DNA of 63,225 nucleotides, counting the filler, from Folioceros fuciformis (Eukaryota), in the NCBI GenBank assembly GCA_049999805.1. It is 48 parts of 48 records of this genome, joined end to end, with 100 filler letters (N's around TTAATTAATTAA, not from the genome) between each part and the next. Parts side by side here need not be neighbours in the genome. Positions count along the whole stretch, not along the records: positions 61,876 to 63,225 come from JBNGIO010007222.1; 47 more parts are not named here. One strand, 5' to 3'. This document shows, in pieces, positions 62,112 through 63,225 of the stretch. The notes under the pieces are model-generated. The model worked only from the letters and a program-made list of their open reading frames with translations. It was not told the DNA's origin and did no database searches. Position numbers and translations under genes: made by a program. The first letter of the stretch is position 1, and the number at the start of each line of letters is the position of its first letter.

Positions 62112-63225
62112 ATGCCGCGGGGGAGGGATAGTGATTCAGAGTTTGAGCTGTTGGAACCAGTTGTGGAGAGGCGACAACGCCAAGTGGTGGAACGATCCCA
62201 GCGAGTGTCTCGAAGATCACAACGTGGGCGTGGGACAGCCGCCAGTCAGGAAGAACCAAAGAGCCCAGCCATCGAGGAAGGGCGACCGCTGACAGAATTA
62301 GTGGAAGTAGAGGAAGAGGTATTTGGTGTTGAATGTTCACAGGAACGACCCTTGGAAGGTGTTGTGATCCAACCAGGCCAACCTTGCCGACTTAGACAAC
62401 CCAGTTCTATTCAGGCGGACTTTGTAGGAATAAAGGTCAGACCTGGAATGGTAGCCAGACAAACTATTGCGGTAGCCCAAACCACTGCGCCAGCCATGAA
62501 TACTGTTCCAGTTGCTGTGACTACTAAGCAGTCATATCCCTTGTATAGAGAGAAGAAAGGATATGAGGACCCTGACGATTTTGTGGAGCGTTTTGAACAG
62601 TTAACCATCTCGAATTAGGAGGCGAATGACGCACAGCGCGTGCAGCTGTTCTATGGAGTTCTACGAGGGGCCGCCGCCAAATGGTACAAGAGGGAGCACT
62701 TGAAGACGGCAATGCCTCCGGCCACCTTCGACGCGCTCAAGAGGTCATTTTGTGAGAGATTCCGCGGGGTGGATGTCGAAGGGTATGTCCTGTCCAAATT
62801 GGAGAGGCTGCGGCGAAGGAAAAGGGAGACACTGCAAGCGTATGTGGAGAGGTTCCACAGTCTGCGAGATCGAGCGGGACCTCATTCAGAGCTAATGGCT
62901 ATTCGATGGTTTGCAAGGGGTCTTGGGTAAGCTATGGGTAGGCACCTGCGTTTGCAAGCGGAGAGGGATCTGGAGCGCGCCATAAGAGCTGCGCTGAATT
63001 ATGAGGAATCCAACGCGGAAGTAAAAAAAAAGGCTTGGAAGGAGGAGAAACGGAGTCATGAGGGGAGGAAGAAACATTCAAAGGGAAAGAAGAAATACTC
63101 CTCCTCGGAGGAGAACTCATCGACAGAGGAGGGATCCTCAAGTGCCGTTTCGGAAATGAGGAAATTGGAATTTCCCCCATATGTGCGTCAGGAGGTGGCT
63201 GACATGATTCAAGAGGAGTTGAATC
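62112..63225 (+). mobile_element. Athila-like gag, pseudogenised (in-frame stops at 62616 and 62928)
   Basis: EDPDDFVERFE, LRGAAAKWY, TFDALKRSFCERF, ETLQAYVERF. Confidence 0.92.

Overview
Not a contiguous locus: about 48 unrelated 1-2 kb contigs joined by an artificial 100-nt spacer (N44-TTAATTAATTAA-N44), i.e. an unplaced-contig bin. Adjacency across spacers has no meaning. Most contigs come from a land plant with flagellated sperm (inferred from IFT20, short-intron genes and PLS-PPRs). They are dominated by decayed retroelements: an Athila-like Ty3/gypsy family (tRNA-Asp PBS, long LTR, probable extra ORFs), Ty1/copia, a chromovirus, a PHD-finger gypsy, an L1 LINE and a CRE-like LINE. Host gene fragments are IFT20, HOP/STI1, a CCCH nucleoporin (NUP42/CG1-like), a spliced dsRBD-RNase III-dsRBD gene and two PLS-PPR genes, one fused to an OSB-type PDF motif. 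Probable non-host contigs are a RIP-mutated fungal repeat, an angiosperm-like plastid trnD-trnY-trnE-trnT segment and two bacterial-like contigs. One bacterial contig carries the best novel-system candidate: a putative immunity gene directly followed by a CD38/ADP-ribosyl-cyclase-like toxin domain. All family calls are by-eye motif recognition, not database searches.
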